Assembly: GCA_947629415.1 (NCBI GenBank)
Contig: CANRDP010000003.1
Coordinates: 1-58,786 of the forward strand
From: an uncultured Bacilli bacterium
Lineage (GTDB): Bacteria; Bacillota_I; Bacilli_A; RFN20; CAG-449
Direction of reading: 5' to 3'
Length of the DNA: 58,786 nt
This document shows positions 31,365 to 40,460 of the stretch, piece after piece (the first letter of the stretch is position 1; the number at the start of each line of letters is the position of its first letter). The notes below the pieces were generated by a model. That model was not told the DNA's origin and did no database searches. It saw nothing but the letters and a program-made list of their open reading frames with translations. The translations under genes and the position numbers were made by a program.

Positions 31365-31823
31365 GTGGAAGAAGAAAAATATCAAAAAATTGTTTCGATG
31401 CATCGACCGAAGGTTCCGACATTAAGAAATACTTTTCTTTCATTTCTTTCCGGAGGACTTATCGGTACTTTTTGTGAAGGCATGAACGAACTCGCTATTC
31501 ATGTTTTTCAGTTTGAAAAAGAGGATGCATCTTTTTTTGCTACCATGATGGTTGTTCTTGTGGCAAGTAGTCTTACTTTTTTCGGCGTTTATAATAATAT
31601 CAGTCAAAAATGCGGTGCCGGTTTATTTTTACCGACATCGGGATTTGCCAATTCCTTGACTTCTTCGGCAATGGAAGGAAGAAGTGAAGGATTAATTGGC
31701 GGAATCGGAAGCATGATGTATTCTTTGGCCGGAAGTGTTTTAACCTATGGATATTTTATTGCTTTTTATTTTGCAACGATTTATTTTTTATTGAATTTGT
31801 GGGGGATAAACCCATGGCATTAA
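31365..31823 (+). CDS. spoVAC: stage V sporulation protein AC
   Basis: GGLIG, GAG..LP.SGFANS, EGLIGGIG..M..LAG; likely GTG start 31365 behind GAGGTG. Confidence 0.88.
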   Translation: MEEEKYQKIVSMHRPKVPTLRNTFLSFLSGGLIGTFCEGMNELAIHVFQFEKEDASFFATMMVVLVASSLTFFGVYNNISQKCGAGLFLPTSGFANSLTSSAMEGRSEGLIGGIGSMMYSLAGSVLTYGYFIAFYFATIYFLLNLWGINPWH

Positions 31824-32806
31824 CAATTCTTTTGAAAAAATGTTATCTTTTGCAAAGTGCTGCGGTGGCAACAAAAGAAGAAACAAAAGGTACTATCGGT
31901 ACATATTTGGATTTCATTTATCCGGATCTTTTTGCCGGGGAAAAAACATATGAATCCGCGGAGCAGGCAATGTGTAAAAAAGCAATAGAAATTGCAAAAA
32001 GCAAAGCGAAATTGGATGAAAAGAAAATCGATATCGCTTTTGGCGGTGATTTACTTAATCAAATTTTCATATCTTCATCCGTTTCCATGGAATTTTCTTA
32101 TGCTTTCGGGGGAGTCTATGGAGCTTGTTCGACATCTATGCTTTCTTTGGCATTGGCAAGTGTTTTTGTTTCTTCCGATTACGCTTCGTATGCTTTGGCT
32201 TTTACTTCTTCGAATTACGGAAGTGCGGAACGTCAATTTCGTTATCCCACTTCTTACGGAATAAAAAAGAAAGAGACGACGACATTAACCGTTTCCGGTG
32301 CCGGAGCGGCGATTGTAACCAAAAAGAAAACCGATATTAAAATCGTAAGTGCCACTTTTGGAAAAGTTTATGATTCCTGTACTTATGATGTCTCCGATAT
32401 GGGAAGCATTATGGCACTAGCCGCTTATCATACGATTGAAGATCATTTGAAATATCGAAATCAGAATTTTGACGATTATGATTTGATTTTGACCGGAGAT
32501 TTATCTCTTATTGGTTCCGAAGTATTGAAAGATCTTTTGGAAAGGAAGAATCTTTCGATGTTGGAAGATGCAGGAAATTGGGTATATAATCCGAAAAAAA
32601 GAAAAAAATTTTCCGGTGGAAGCGGTTGTGCCTGTCTTGCACTTTCAGCATATACAAAAGTTGTTGCGGAATTGAAAAAGGGAAACTATCGGCATGTATT
32701 ATTGGTAGGGACGGGTGCTTTACATAGTAAAGTTTCCGCATCGCAACAAAAAAATATACCGGTAATTGCTCATGCGGTAGAACTAAGAAAGGAGACACAA
32801 AAATGA
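31814..32806 (+). CDS. spoVAD: stage V sporulation protein AD
   Basis: GGDLLNQ, YGACST, AERQFRYP, TGDL, GGSGCAC. Confidence 0.92.
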   Translation: MALTILLKKCYLLQSAAVATKEETKGTIGTYLDFIYPDLFAGEKTYESAEQAMCKKAIEIAKSKAKLDEKKIDIAFGGDLLNQIFISSSVSMEFSYAFGGVYGACSTSMLSLALASVFVSSDYASYALAFTSSNYGSAERQFRYPTSYGIKKKETTTLTVSGAGAAIVTKKKTDIKIVSATFGKVYDSCTYDVSDMGSIMALAAYHTIEDHLKYRNQNFDDYDLILTGDLSLIGSEVLKDLLERKNLSMLEDAGNWVYNPKKRKKFSGGSGCACLALSAYTKVVAELKKGNYRHVLLVGTGALHSKVSASQQKNIPVIAHAVELRKETQK

Positions 32807-33153
32807 ACTATTTTTTGGCCTTTCTTTTTTCCGGAAGTGTTTGTGCACTTGCGGAAATTCTTTATGATCATAGCAAATGGACTCCCGGACATATTGTTAC
32901 TTTATTTGTTCTTGTCGGTGCCGGATTATCTTTCTTTAACTTATATCAACCTCTTTTGGATATTTTCGGTGGTGGAGCTTCGACCTTGATTATGAATTTC
33001 GGTCATCTTTTATATCAAGCGGCAAAAGAAGGCGCGGATTCGGGGAATTATCTTCATATTTTTTCTTCCATGTTGATTTCATCATCGGGAATTATTACTT
33101 TTGCCACGATTTTATCTTTGATTTTTGCAATAATCCGGAGACCACGACCATGA
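32803..33153 (+). CDS. spoVAE: stage V sporulation protein AE (AEb type)
   Basis: YFLAFL..G..C, TPGHI, GGGA....FG. Confidence 0.85.
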   Translation: MNYFLAFLFSGSVCALAEILYDHSKWTPGHIVTLFVLVGAGLSFFNLYQPLLDIFGGGASTLIMNFGHLLYQAAKEGADSGNYLHIFSSMLISSSGIITFATILSLIFAIIRRPRP

Positions 33154-34520
33154 AAGGAAAGACTTTATTACATCAGTTTGAAACACAAATCGATTTAAAA
33201 AAGAATTTTGATATTTTAAAAAGAGAATATCAATCTCCTTTTTTGCATATTACGATGTATTATCTGACAAGTTTGCTGGATCTTTTTCAGTTTAATTTTC
33301 TTTTGGAGGAATTAAAAAATGCTTCCTCGTATGTCGATATTATGAATAAAGCCGGATTTCCTTCGGTTTCCGAAATAAAAAAAGAAGAAGATGCCGTCTT
33401 TTTTCTTTATAGCGGTGCCGTGATTCTTTTTTTTGAAGAAGAAGATATTGTTTTAAATTGTGATATCCGTTCCTATCCGTCAAGAGGAATAAGTGAACCG
33501 GATGCGGAAAAAGCGGTTCGCGGTTCCAGAGACGGTTTTACGGAAAATATTATCGTAAATGTCGCTTTGATGCGAAGAAGAATCAAAGATAAAGATTTAT
33601 GTATGGAGCATTTTATCTTGTCGGAAAAATCTCGCATGTCCGTTGTTCTTTGTTACATGAAAAAGAAGATCGATCTTCAGGTAATTTTCGAAATTAAAAA
33701 GAAATTTCAATCGATGGAATTGCATTCTTTAATTATGTCGGATCGGGCTTTGGAAGAAAAAATGTTTTCACAGGGAAAAATGATTTTTCCTTTGGTAAGA
33801 TATACCGAACGACCAGATGTTGCCGCGATTCATGTTCTGAATGGAAAAGTGGCTATTTTTGTCGATACTTCTTCATCCTGTATTTTGACTCCGGTGACAC
33901 TTTTCGATCATGTAAAACATGTGGAGGAATATCGAGAAACACCGGTTATCGGAAGTTTTACTCGTTTTTTGCGATCGATAGCTATTTTTCTTTCGATTTT
34001 TCTTGTACCTGTTTTTTTATGCCTTCTTACCGATAAAGATATACAAAACGGATTTCTTTATTTTGATTTTACCAGTGAAAATTCTTATCCCATTTTTCTT
34101 CAGGCCCTCATTGCTTCTGTTTTAATGGAAATTTTTCGAATTGCTTCCATTCATACTCCGAATGCCTTATCCTCGGGTATTTCTTTAGTGGCAGCGATAA
34201 TTCTAGGACAAATCAGTATGGATTTGGGCTTATTTTTACCGGAAATTCTTCTTTTTGTTGCGATTTCTTCCATTTGTTCTTTTGCTACACCTTCTTATGA
34301 ACTTTCTTTGGGAAATAAATTTCTTTCTTTTCTTTTTCTTCTTCTTTCGGGAATTTTCGGTTTTGAAGGTTTACTTTTCGGTGTAATCGTTTTCTTCTGT
34401 TACTTGGTTTCCATCAAAGTTTTTTCGGTTCCATATTTATATCCGATTTGTCCTTTCGATGCAAAAAACTTTTTGAATGTTTTTACAAGAAAAAATGCGC
34501 GGAAGAAGAAAAATTTATAA
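33150..34520 (+). CDS. spoVAF: SpoVAF / GerA-family spore protein
   Basis: R.ISEP..E..VRGSRDGF.E, TERPD, FATPSYEL, PYLYP; follows spoVAE. Confidence 0.85.
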   Translation: MKGKTLLHQFETQIDLKKNFDILKREYQSPFLHITMYYLTSLLDLFQFNFLLEELKNASSYVDIMNKAGFPSVSEIKKEEDAVFFLYSGAVILFFEEEDIVLNCDIRSYPSRGISEPDAEKAVRGSRDGFTENIIVNVALMRRRIKDKDLCMEHFILSEKSRMSVVLCYMKKKIDLQVIFEIKKKFQSMELHSLIMSDRALEEKMFSQGKMIFPLVRYTERPDVAAIHVLNGKVAIFVDTSSSCILTPVTLFDHVKHVEEYRETPVIGSFTRFLRSIAIFLSIFLVPVFLCLLTDKDIQNGFLYFDFTSENSYPIFLQALIASVLMEIFRIASIHTPNALSSGISLVAAIILGQISMDLGLFLPEILLFVAISSICSFATPSYELSLGNKFLSFLFLLLSGIFGFEGLLFGVIVFFCYLVSIKVFSVPYLYPICPFDAKNFLNVFTRKNARKKKNL

Positions 34521-34574
34521 TTATCATTTCTACGAAAAAAATCTTTTCTTTTTCTTTCCGCTTTGCTATATTTT

Positions 34575-34665
34575 TTTTAGGGTGCTTGCCGGAAAGCAGG
34601 CTGAGATAGTTCCTTCTTCGGAACGAACCGAAACTTGATCTGGGTAATGCCAGCGGAAGGAAAAA
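34575..34665 (+). ncRNA. TPP riboswitch
   Basis: GGGTGC...GCTGAGA...TGATCTGGGTAATGCCAGCG..GG consensus upstream of thiT. Confidence 0.9.
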
Positions 34666-34678
34666 TTTTATTTTTTCA

Positions 34679-34709
34679 CTTTTCCGTTTTTGGCGGAAAA
34701 GTTTTTTTT
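34679..34709 (+). terminator. riboswitch expression-platform terminator
   Basis: ACTTTTCCG-loop-CGGAAAAGT plus T run between the aptamer and the thiT RBS. Confidence 0.75.
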
Positions 34710-34723
34710 GAAAGGAGTCTTTT

Positions 34724-35566
34724 ATGACAAAACGTTCAAAAACCATCTCACTTATGACCGATATGGCGCTTTTTGCCGCGCTGGGTTTTGTCCTTGATTT
34801 TTTGCAAGGATTTATTTGTGATTTCTTACCTTTTTGGCCGAACGGAGGGAGTGTTGGTGTCGCCATGTGCGCTACATTTTTATTTTCTTATCGCTATGGA
34901 ATCTGGGGCTTATTGTGCGGTCTATTGACTGGACTTTTAACAATGCTCGGCGGTGTTTATGTTTCCGGATTGGCTGTTAATCCTTTTCAAGTGTTTTTGC
35001 AACTGGGATTAGATTATTTCTTGGCATGGACTTTTGTCGGATTGGCCGGATTTTTTATGCCTCTCATCGTGAAAAATACGAAACATAAATATTTATGGAT
35101 TGTTCTTGGCGTTGTGGCTGGTGGCTTTGGCAAGTATTTATGCCATTTTTTGGCCGGAATGATTTATTGGCCTACCGAAGATAAAATGGGTAATTTCTTA
35201 TATTCTCTTCTTTATAATGGTTCTTATATGTTACCAAGTATTTTACTTTGTGCGGTTGTTATGGTTCTTGTATCCATGAAAGCACCGAGTTTATTGAAGA
35301 CCAAATATCAAGAAACGGTTTTGGAAAAAAAGACCTATTTTTATATGGACTTTTCTTTTTGGACCATTCTTGCTTCTTTGGCCGGATTCTTTTATTGCCT
35401 ATATCTTTATTGCACATCGATTGAAATTACTTTCGGAGAAGAATTTCATGCGGATGACAATATGCTCTTTTTCATGATATTATTCTTCCTTATTGCTTTG
35501 TTGGGATTTATACAATTCCTTCGAAAAATAAACGGAAAAAAGAATTCGGCGAATCTTCCGGAATGA
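34724..35566 (+). CDS. thiT: energy-coupled thiamine transporter S component with C-terminal extension
   Basis: PNGGSV, LDYFLA, HFLAG..YW, YSLLYNGSY; TPP riboswitch upstream. Confidence 0.88.
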   Translation: MTKRSKTISLMTDMALFAALGFVLDFLQGFICDFLPFWPNGGSVGVAMCATFLFSYRYGIWGLLCGLLTGLLTMLGGVYVSGLAVNPFQVFLQLGLDYFLAWTFVGLAGFFMPLIVKNTKHKYLWIVLGVVAGGFGKYLCHFLAGMIYWPTEDKMGNFLYSLLYNGSYMLPSILLCAVVMVLVSMKAPSLLKTKYQETVLEKKTYFYMDFSFWTILASLAGFFYCLYLYCTSIEITFGEEFHADDNMLFFMILFFLIALLGFIQFLRKINGKKNSANLPE

Positions 35567-35604
35567 AATAAATTTTATCGTGAACAATAGATAAAGGAGG
35601 ATTT

Positions 35605-36111
35605 ATGAAAAATAATATTCTTTTTTATCTACACCGAATGAGTGCCATTCTTCTTACGATTCTTATTTTTTGTTTCAGTCTGATGTCGGGAAGAATGTCA
35701 TCAAATTATTCTTCGCATGTTGCAGATTTTATTCAAAAATTTTTTCTGAAAACTCCCATGCCTGCTTTTTCATCGGTTTCTTTAATAAAGACGGCAGAAG
35801 AAATTGCTTTTGAGCGATTTATAAGGAAAGCCATCGGGCATTATTTTCTCTTCTTTCTTCTTTCGTATTTTATGACGATGAGTTATCTTTTGAAAAAGTA
35901 TTCCTGGCAATTTGCATCATTAAAAACTTTATTCTATGGTTTATGCATCTCCTTTTTGAGTGAGTTCGTGCAATGCTTTCCCATGGCACGAGGTCCATCC
36001 TTCGGGGATGCTTTTCTTAATTTTTCAGGATATGCTTCCATGACATTTCTTTTAATATTTTTTTATCGGAAAATAATTTTTCGGAAAACAAAGTATATTT
36101 TTCATCACTAA
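35605..36111 (+). CDS. VanZ family membrane protein
   Basis: IF.FS...G..SS..S, RKAIGHY, SEFVQ...RGPSFGD...N..G. Confidence 0.75.
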   Translation: MKNNILFYLHRMSAILLTILIFCFSLMSGRMSSNYSSHVADFIQKFFLKTPMPAFSSVSLIKTAEEIAFERFIRKAIGHYFLFFLLSYFMTMSYLLKKYSWQFASLKTLFYGLCISFLSEFVQCFPMARGPSFGDAFLNFSGYASMTFLLIFFYRKIIFRKTKYIFHH

Positions 36112-36140
36112 GTGTCCATTGTATTTATGGAGGAAAAAAT

Positions 36141-36326
36141 ATGAACTATCGAAGCCTAAGTGATGAAGAAATGCAAAATATTAAAGGAGGAGAAGCCATA
36201 ACCATCGGTGTCGTCATGGCCGTTTTGGCAACGGCGATTGTCGCTGTTGTGGTTTATCGACTTTTTATGTCAAATTCGGGAACCACGACCCTCCCGGGAG
36301 GTTTTAAATTTACTTGGGATGACTAA
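36141..36326 (+). CDS. small peptide with double-glycine (bacteriocin-type) leader
   Basis: Leader LSDEEMQNIKGG, hydrophobic core, GGAGG RBS; overlaps the radC start. Confidence 0.75.
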   Translation: MNYRSLSDEEMQNIKGGEAITIGVVMAVLATAIVAVVVYRLFMSNSGTTTLPGGFKFTWDD

Positions 36327-37020
36327 AATTGCACAGATACCGATAGAAAAAAGGCCAAGAGAAAAGGCATTTCAATTCGGTATTTCTTCTTTGTCCGATG
36401 TGGAATTATTGGCACTTTTACTGTCGAGCGGAACTAAGAATTGCTCGGCTCTGGATCTTGCTTACGAACTCTTTTATCGCTATGGATCTTTTCGTGGTTT
36501 ACAGATGGTGGATGTATGGGAATTATCCAAAATCAAAGGAATCCAAAAAGCCAAGGCTTCCCGAATTGCTGCGGCTTTTGAACTTTTACGGCGATTTGAA
36601 TCCGAACGGGATAAAGAAAAAATTCGAATAACTTGCCTTGAAGATGCAATTCGTTTATTGCTTCCGAAATGTATTGGAAAACAACAAGAGCAAGTTTTTT
36701 TGATATTATTGAATCCCTCCTTTGAATTTTTAAGATTGGAAAGACTTTTCGTCGGAACAAAGGAAAGTGTTTCCTGTTCTCCAAAAGAAATCTTGATGGC
36801 CATTATCCGTTCCGGGGCATCCAAAGTCTATATCGGACACAATCATCCTCTCGGTCTTCCTTTACCTTCAAAAGCAGATCAAGAGGTTTCTAAGACATTA
36901 TTTTATTATCTTTCTACCTGTGATATTGAACTTTTGGATTCTTTAATTATCGGGGAAAAAGAAAGTTATTCGATTCTGAAAAGAAAAACATTTTTAAATG
37001 AAAAAATTTTAAATTCATAA
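36319..37020 (+). CDS. radC: RadC / JAB domain protein
   Basis: RPREK, LSDVELLALLL.SG, IKGI..AKA, HNHP.G...PS..D; start ATG 36319. Confidence 0.92.
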   Translation: MTKIAQIPIEKRPREKAFQFGISSLSDVELLALLLSSGTKNCSALDLAYELFYRYGSFRGLQMVDVWELSKIKGIQKAKASRIAAAFELLRRFESERDKEKIRITCLEDAIRLLLPKCIGKQQEQVFLILLNPSFEFLRLERLFVGTKESVSCSPKEILMAIIRSGASKVYIGHNHPLGLPLPSKADQEVSKTLFYYLSTCDIELLDSLIIGEKESYSILKRKTFLNEKILNS

Positions 37021-37035
37021 AAAAATGTTTTTTCG

Positions 37036-37608
37036 TCATAAAGAAAGAGAACACACGAAAATTCCAAGGATTGCCGAAATAAGAATAAAGGGCAGAGCTT
37101 TTAAATCTTTTTTTGTTTCTTTTTTATAAAGATGAAGAATAAAAATCAAAAGTAAAAACAAAAGAAGCGAGGTAAAATCAAATTGAAAATTCGGAGAAAA
37201 TCGGATATCTATGAGATCACGTATCATCAAAAGACCGGTCGTAAGAATCAAAGAAATAATGGTTGGTCTTATTCCTTCCAAAGCACTTTTCACATGTCGA
37301 TTTTCCAAAAAATGAGATAAGAATTTAGCAAGAATAAAAATAATAAGAAAAGAAGGAAGAACCACACCGAAAGTAGCAACAATACTACCGAAGAAACCTC
37401 CATTTGTCGCTCCGATAAAAGTAGCCATATTGATGGCAATAGGGCCAGGTGTCGATTCACAAACACCAATCAAATCGTAAAGTTCAGTTTCTTCTAACCA
37501 CTGATGTTGTAGGACGGTTTCTTTTACCAGAGGAATCATGGCATATCCTCCTCCGAAAGTGAAAAGTCCGATCTTGAAAAATTCCAGGAAAAGCAGCAGA
37601 TAAATCAT
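37036..37608 (-). CDS. short-chain chromate transporter (CHR) subunit
   Basis: FFKIGLFTFGGGYAM, ESTPGPIAIN.ATFIG. Confidence 0.9.
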   Translation of the reverse strand: MIYLLLFLEFFKIGLFTFGGGYAMIPLVKETVLQHQWLEETELYDLIGVCESTPGPIAINMATFIGATNGGFFGSIVATFGVVLPSFLIIFILAKFLSHFLENRHVKSALEGIRPTIISLILTTGLLMIRDLIDIRFSPNFQFDFTSLLLFLLLIFILHLYKKETKKDLKALPFILISAILGIFVCSLSL

Positions 37609-38204
37609 TGTTTTTTACCTCCTGCTTTCAATGAGAAAACGATGAAACCGAGCAATGCCGAGGCTAAAATATAAAATATGGAAGAAAAATCAATTGAAAA
37701 AATATCAAAAATAATCATGAGAAGAAATACAAGAGAAAAAAGAAGACAATGAAACCAGGTTTTTTTCATTTTTTTCAGCATGGAATAACCGGCACGGAAA
37801 ATCAAAATGGAAACAGCAACTTTAATACCGACAAAAGCGTATTGAATAATTTGAAATTGCATGAATTGATCAAAAAATAGTGAAATAAGGTAAAGAAGGA
37901 TTAAAGAGGGGAGAACAACACCGAGAGTACTTAAAAGAGCACCGAAAAATCCTCCTTTTTTGTAGCCGATGAATGTAGCCGCATTGATAGCGATAGGCCC
38001 CGGTGTCGATTCCGCGATGGCAATGATTTGAATTAATTCTTCATCTTCAATCCATTTCTTGTTTTCAACCAACTCTTCGCGCAGATTGGAAATCATCGCA
38101 TAACCACCGCCAAAGGTGATGATACCGATTTTAAAAAAAGTCAAAAAAAGACTTTTTACCGATAAATTCTTTTGAATTGGAGATGGTGTTTTTTCTTCTT
38201 CCAT
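37605..38204 (-). CDS. short-chain chromate transporter (CHR) subunit
   Basis: FFKIGIITFGGGYAM, ESTPGPIAIN; likely start ATG 38204. Confidence 0.9.
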   Translation of the reverse strand: MEEEKTPSPIQKNLSVKSLFLTFFKIGIITFGGGYAMISNLREELVENKKWIEDEELIQIIAIAESTPGPIAINAATFIGYKKGGFFGALLSTLGVVLPSLILLYLISLFFDQFMQFQIIQYAFVGIKVAVSILIFRAGYSMLKKMKKTWFHCLLFSLVFLLMIIFDIFSIDFSSIFYILASALLGFIVFSLKAGGKKQ

Positions 38205-38311
38205 AAAAGTTACCTTTTGAGCTTTAAATTTATCATATCTATTTTTGGAAAAACAAGCAAGTTTATTCTTTGCTATGCTAGAAAACAAAATCAAATTAGT
38301 ACGAACAAATA

Positions 38312-38383
38312 TAGTAATTACACATGAAAATTAAAAGAATATACAAAAATATGTTTTTCATGCAAAAATCATCAAAAACAAAC
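38312..38383 (+). repeat. left 72-bp inverted repeat
   Basis: TAGTAATTACACATGAAAATT...CATCAAAAACAAAC; reverse complement of 48559-48630 with 1 mismatch. Confidence 0.95.
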
Positions 38384-38578
38384 GTCTTAAAAATGCATTT
38401 TCAATTGAATCACCGAATGTTACATTTCAAAGTAATACGAATCGGCTTACATTTTACGTTTTTTTCGATGATAACATTTATTTTGGCGTAGAATTTACTT
38501 TTAAAATAATAGAAAATTAATTTCTATTGAAAACTTTTACTAATTTTGAAATAGTTTTCATTATAGTGAAAACTTTTT

Positions 38579-39086
38579 CTTAATAAAGAAATTAAACCTT
38601 TTTATGAATCTAATTTAATTAAGATTATTGTCGGTATAAGATGATGTGGTAAATCGGTTATATTAGAACAAGTCATGTCCGAAATAAAAAAGAGAAGTGA
38701 TAATATTATTTATTTAAATTTTGAAAATGAGATAATACTTGAGCAATTTAAGAAAGCTCGTGATGTTATCAAGTATGTTTTAGAAAATAAAAAAGAAGGA
38801 AAATGTTATCTTTTTTTCGATTAGATTCAAGAAATGAAGCAGTAATCTAAGGTATGTAAATGATAAAAAAATTGATTTTTTAGTTTCGAAAGAGGGATAT
38901 CAATATTACATTCTAGTTTCCTTCAGTGTTATTGATCCAAAGACGAAAGAAAGAGAATTATCTTTATTTTATTCATTAGATAATTCTATTCAAAAGATTT
39001 TAATTACGAATGATGATGTAGATTTTTCTACCTCGACAATAAGACATATAAAATTAAAAGATTTTCTTTTAATGGGAAGTCTATAA
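38579..39086 (+). pseudogene. AAA_14/DUF4143 ATPase pseudogene
   Basis: Manual translation IKIIVGIR*CGKS...IYLNFE...YLFFD*IQE joined to C-terminal IDF...YI.V...T.ERE...DN...HI...DFLL; stops at 38642 and 38822, central part deleted. Confidence 0.85.
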
Positions 39087-39127
39087 TAAGAGTCATTTAA
39101 ATGAACAAGTATTTTTTATAGTGAAAA

Positions 39128-40405
39128 TTATTTGTCGGATTTTTGCATTAAATCCTCCAAAAAATAAAGTTGATAGAAAAATCCTTCTAACATTTTTACA
39201 GGGATACTATTTCCAGCCATACGGATTATTTTATCTTTAGAGAATAATTTTCCTCTTTTTCCATTCATTATGTTATGCTCTATAAGAGTTTCATAATCTT
39301 TGTCGTTAAAGCCCATAAACAAGAGACATTCACGTGGGGTTAAGTATCTAAAATGACTTTTACCTCTTTTGTTGCAATTATAATAAATATTTCCAGAATT
39401 AGGATGTCGATCTTGCTTGGTGGTAATTGTACGAATAAATTCCTCACTAGTTAAATGACCACTTTCATCGATGATTTTAGGATTTTCGTTCCAAATTCTT
39501 CTTCTAGATGGAGTATCATTTGGCGTGGATTCAAACATCTCATTTTCGTATTTTGTTTCGTTAGTTCGTAATAAATTCTCAATTGTTATTTTTTTATAAT
39601 AGCTTGATTCTTCGTATTTTTTAACAATATATTCTTCATTTTCCCCCCAAGAATTAAAGAATTCTTCAACTTTAGCAGCCAATTTCTTATCATCTCCAAC
39701 ATAAACACTTAACATCAGTAATCTTGGTCTATTTTGTGGAATTCCATAATTTCTAGCATTTACAGGCAAATATTTGCTAATATATCCTAATTCCTTTAAA
39801 TTATTAATCCACTTATTGAAATTATTGATATGTCTTTTTGAAAGTAAAGTTGGGACATTCTCCATGATTAAATAACGTGGAAGAGATTTTCCACATGATT
39901 TCATTTCCGCAAGAATTCTGCCAACTTGCCATAGTAAACTAGATCTGCTTCCCGAGCCTTCTTCTATTCCTTTATTATAGCCGTGAAAAGCACCAACATT
40001 TGATAAATCTTGGCAAGGGAATGAATAAGTAAGTAAATCGGTATCTTTAGGCATATTTCTTCCTTCGATTTTACATATGTCAGTTAAATTTTTTGTTCTT
40101 TTAATGGATGTATATATGCGTTTTAACATCTCATCACTATATCCCTGTAATGTCTTTAACTTCATTGGACTTTTTCCATCACCACTTAAAGTATAATGAC
40201 TTAATTTTTCAAGAATAATTTCTTTAGACATTTTTGAAATCGAAGGCAATATATTTGTCCCTTTATGCATTGCATCATAAGCAACAGATGCATGAATATC
40301 CCATTCACAAGTTGCTTGTACTTTAATTTTAATACCGATATTTTGAAGTGCTCTTGCTTGACTTCCAATACCACTAAAAAATTCGACTATTTTTAATTCT
40401 TTCAT
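39128..40405 (-). CDS. dcm: DNA (cytosine-5)-methyltransferase
   Basis: Motifs I FSGIG, IV FPCQDLS, VI MENV, VIII QNRPR, IX RECLLFMGF, X GNSI. Confidence 0.93.
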   Translation of the reverse strand: MKELKIVEFFSGIGSQARALQNIGIKIKVQATCEWDIHASVAYDAMHKGTNILPSISKMSKEIILEKLSHYTLSGDGKSPMKLKTLQGYSDEMLKRIYTSIKRTKNLTDICKIEGRNMPKDTDLLTYSFPCQDLSNVGAFHGYNKGIEEGSGSRSSLLWQVGRILAEMKSCGKSLPRYLIMENVPTLLSKRHINNFNKWINNLKELGYISKYLPVNARNYGIPQNRPRLLMLSVYVGDDKKLAAKVEEFFNSWGENEEYIVKKYEESSYYKKITIENLLRTNETKYENEMFESTPNDTPSRRRIWNENPKIIDESGHLTSEEFIRTITTKQDRHPNSGNIYYNCNKRGKSHFRYLTPRECLLFMGFNDKDYETLIEHNIMNGKRGKLFSKDKIIRMAGNSIPVKMLEGFFYQLYFLEDLMQKSDK

Positions 40406-40460
40406 AGTTTTGTTTCGATTCTAAAATTACATTATTGAAATTTAATGTGCTTAATAGCGA

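Noticed and set aside
34483-34866. 127-aa minus-strand ORF
   Set aside because: Overlaps the TPP riboswitch and the thiT start on the opposite strand; no motifs.
36141-36326. Type IV pilin / ComG-like prepilin
   Set aside because: Lacks the G-F-T-L-x-E pattern (no Phe+1 or Glu+5); the leader fits the double-glycine consensus better.
38642-38644. TGA read-through (genetic code 4), given the Mollicute-like genes
   Set aside because: TGA ends many normal genes (trmB, spoIIAA, sigF), Trp is encoded by TGG throughout, and this TGA sits at an Arg position alongside TAG and TAA stops.
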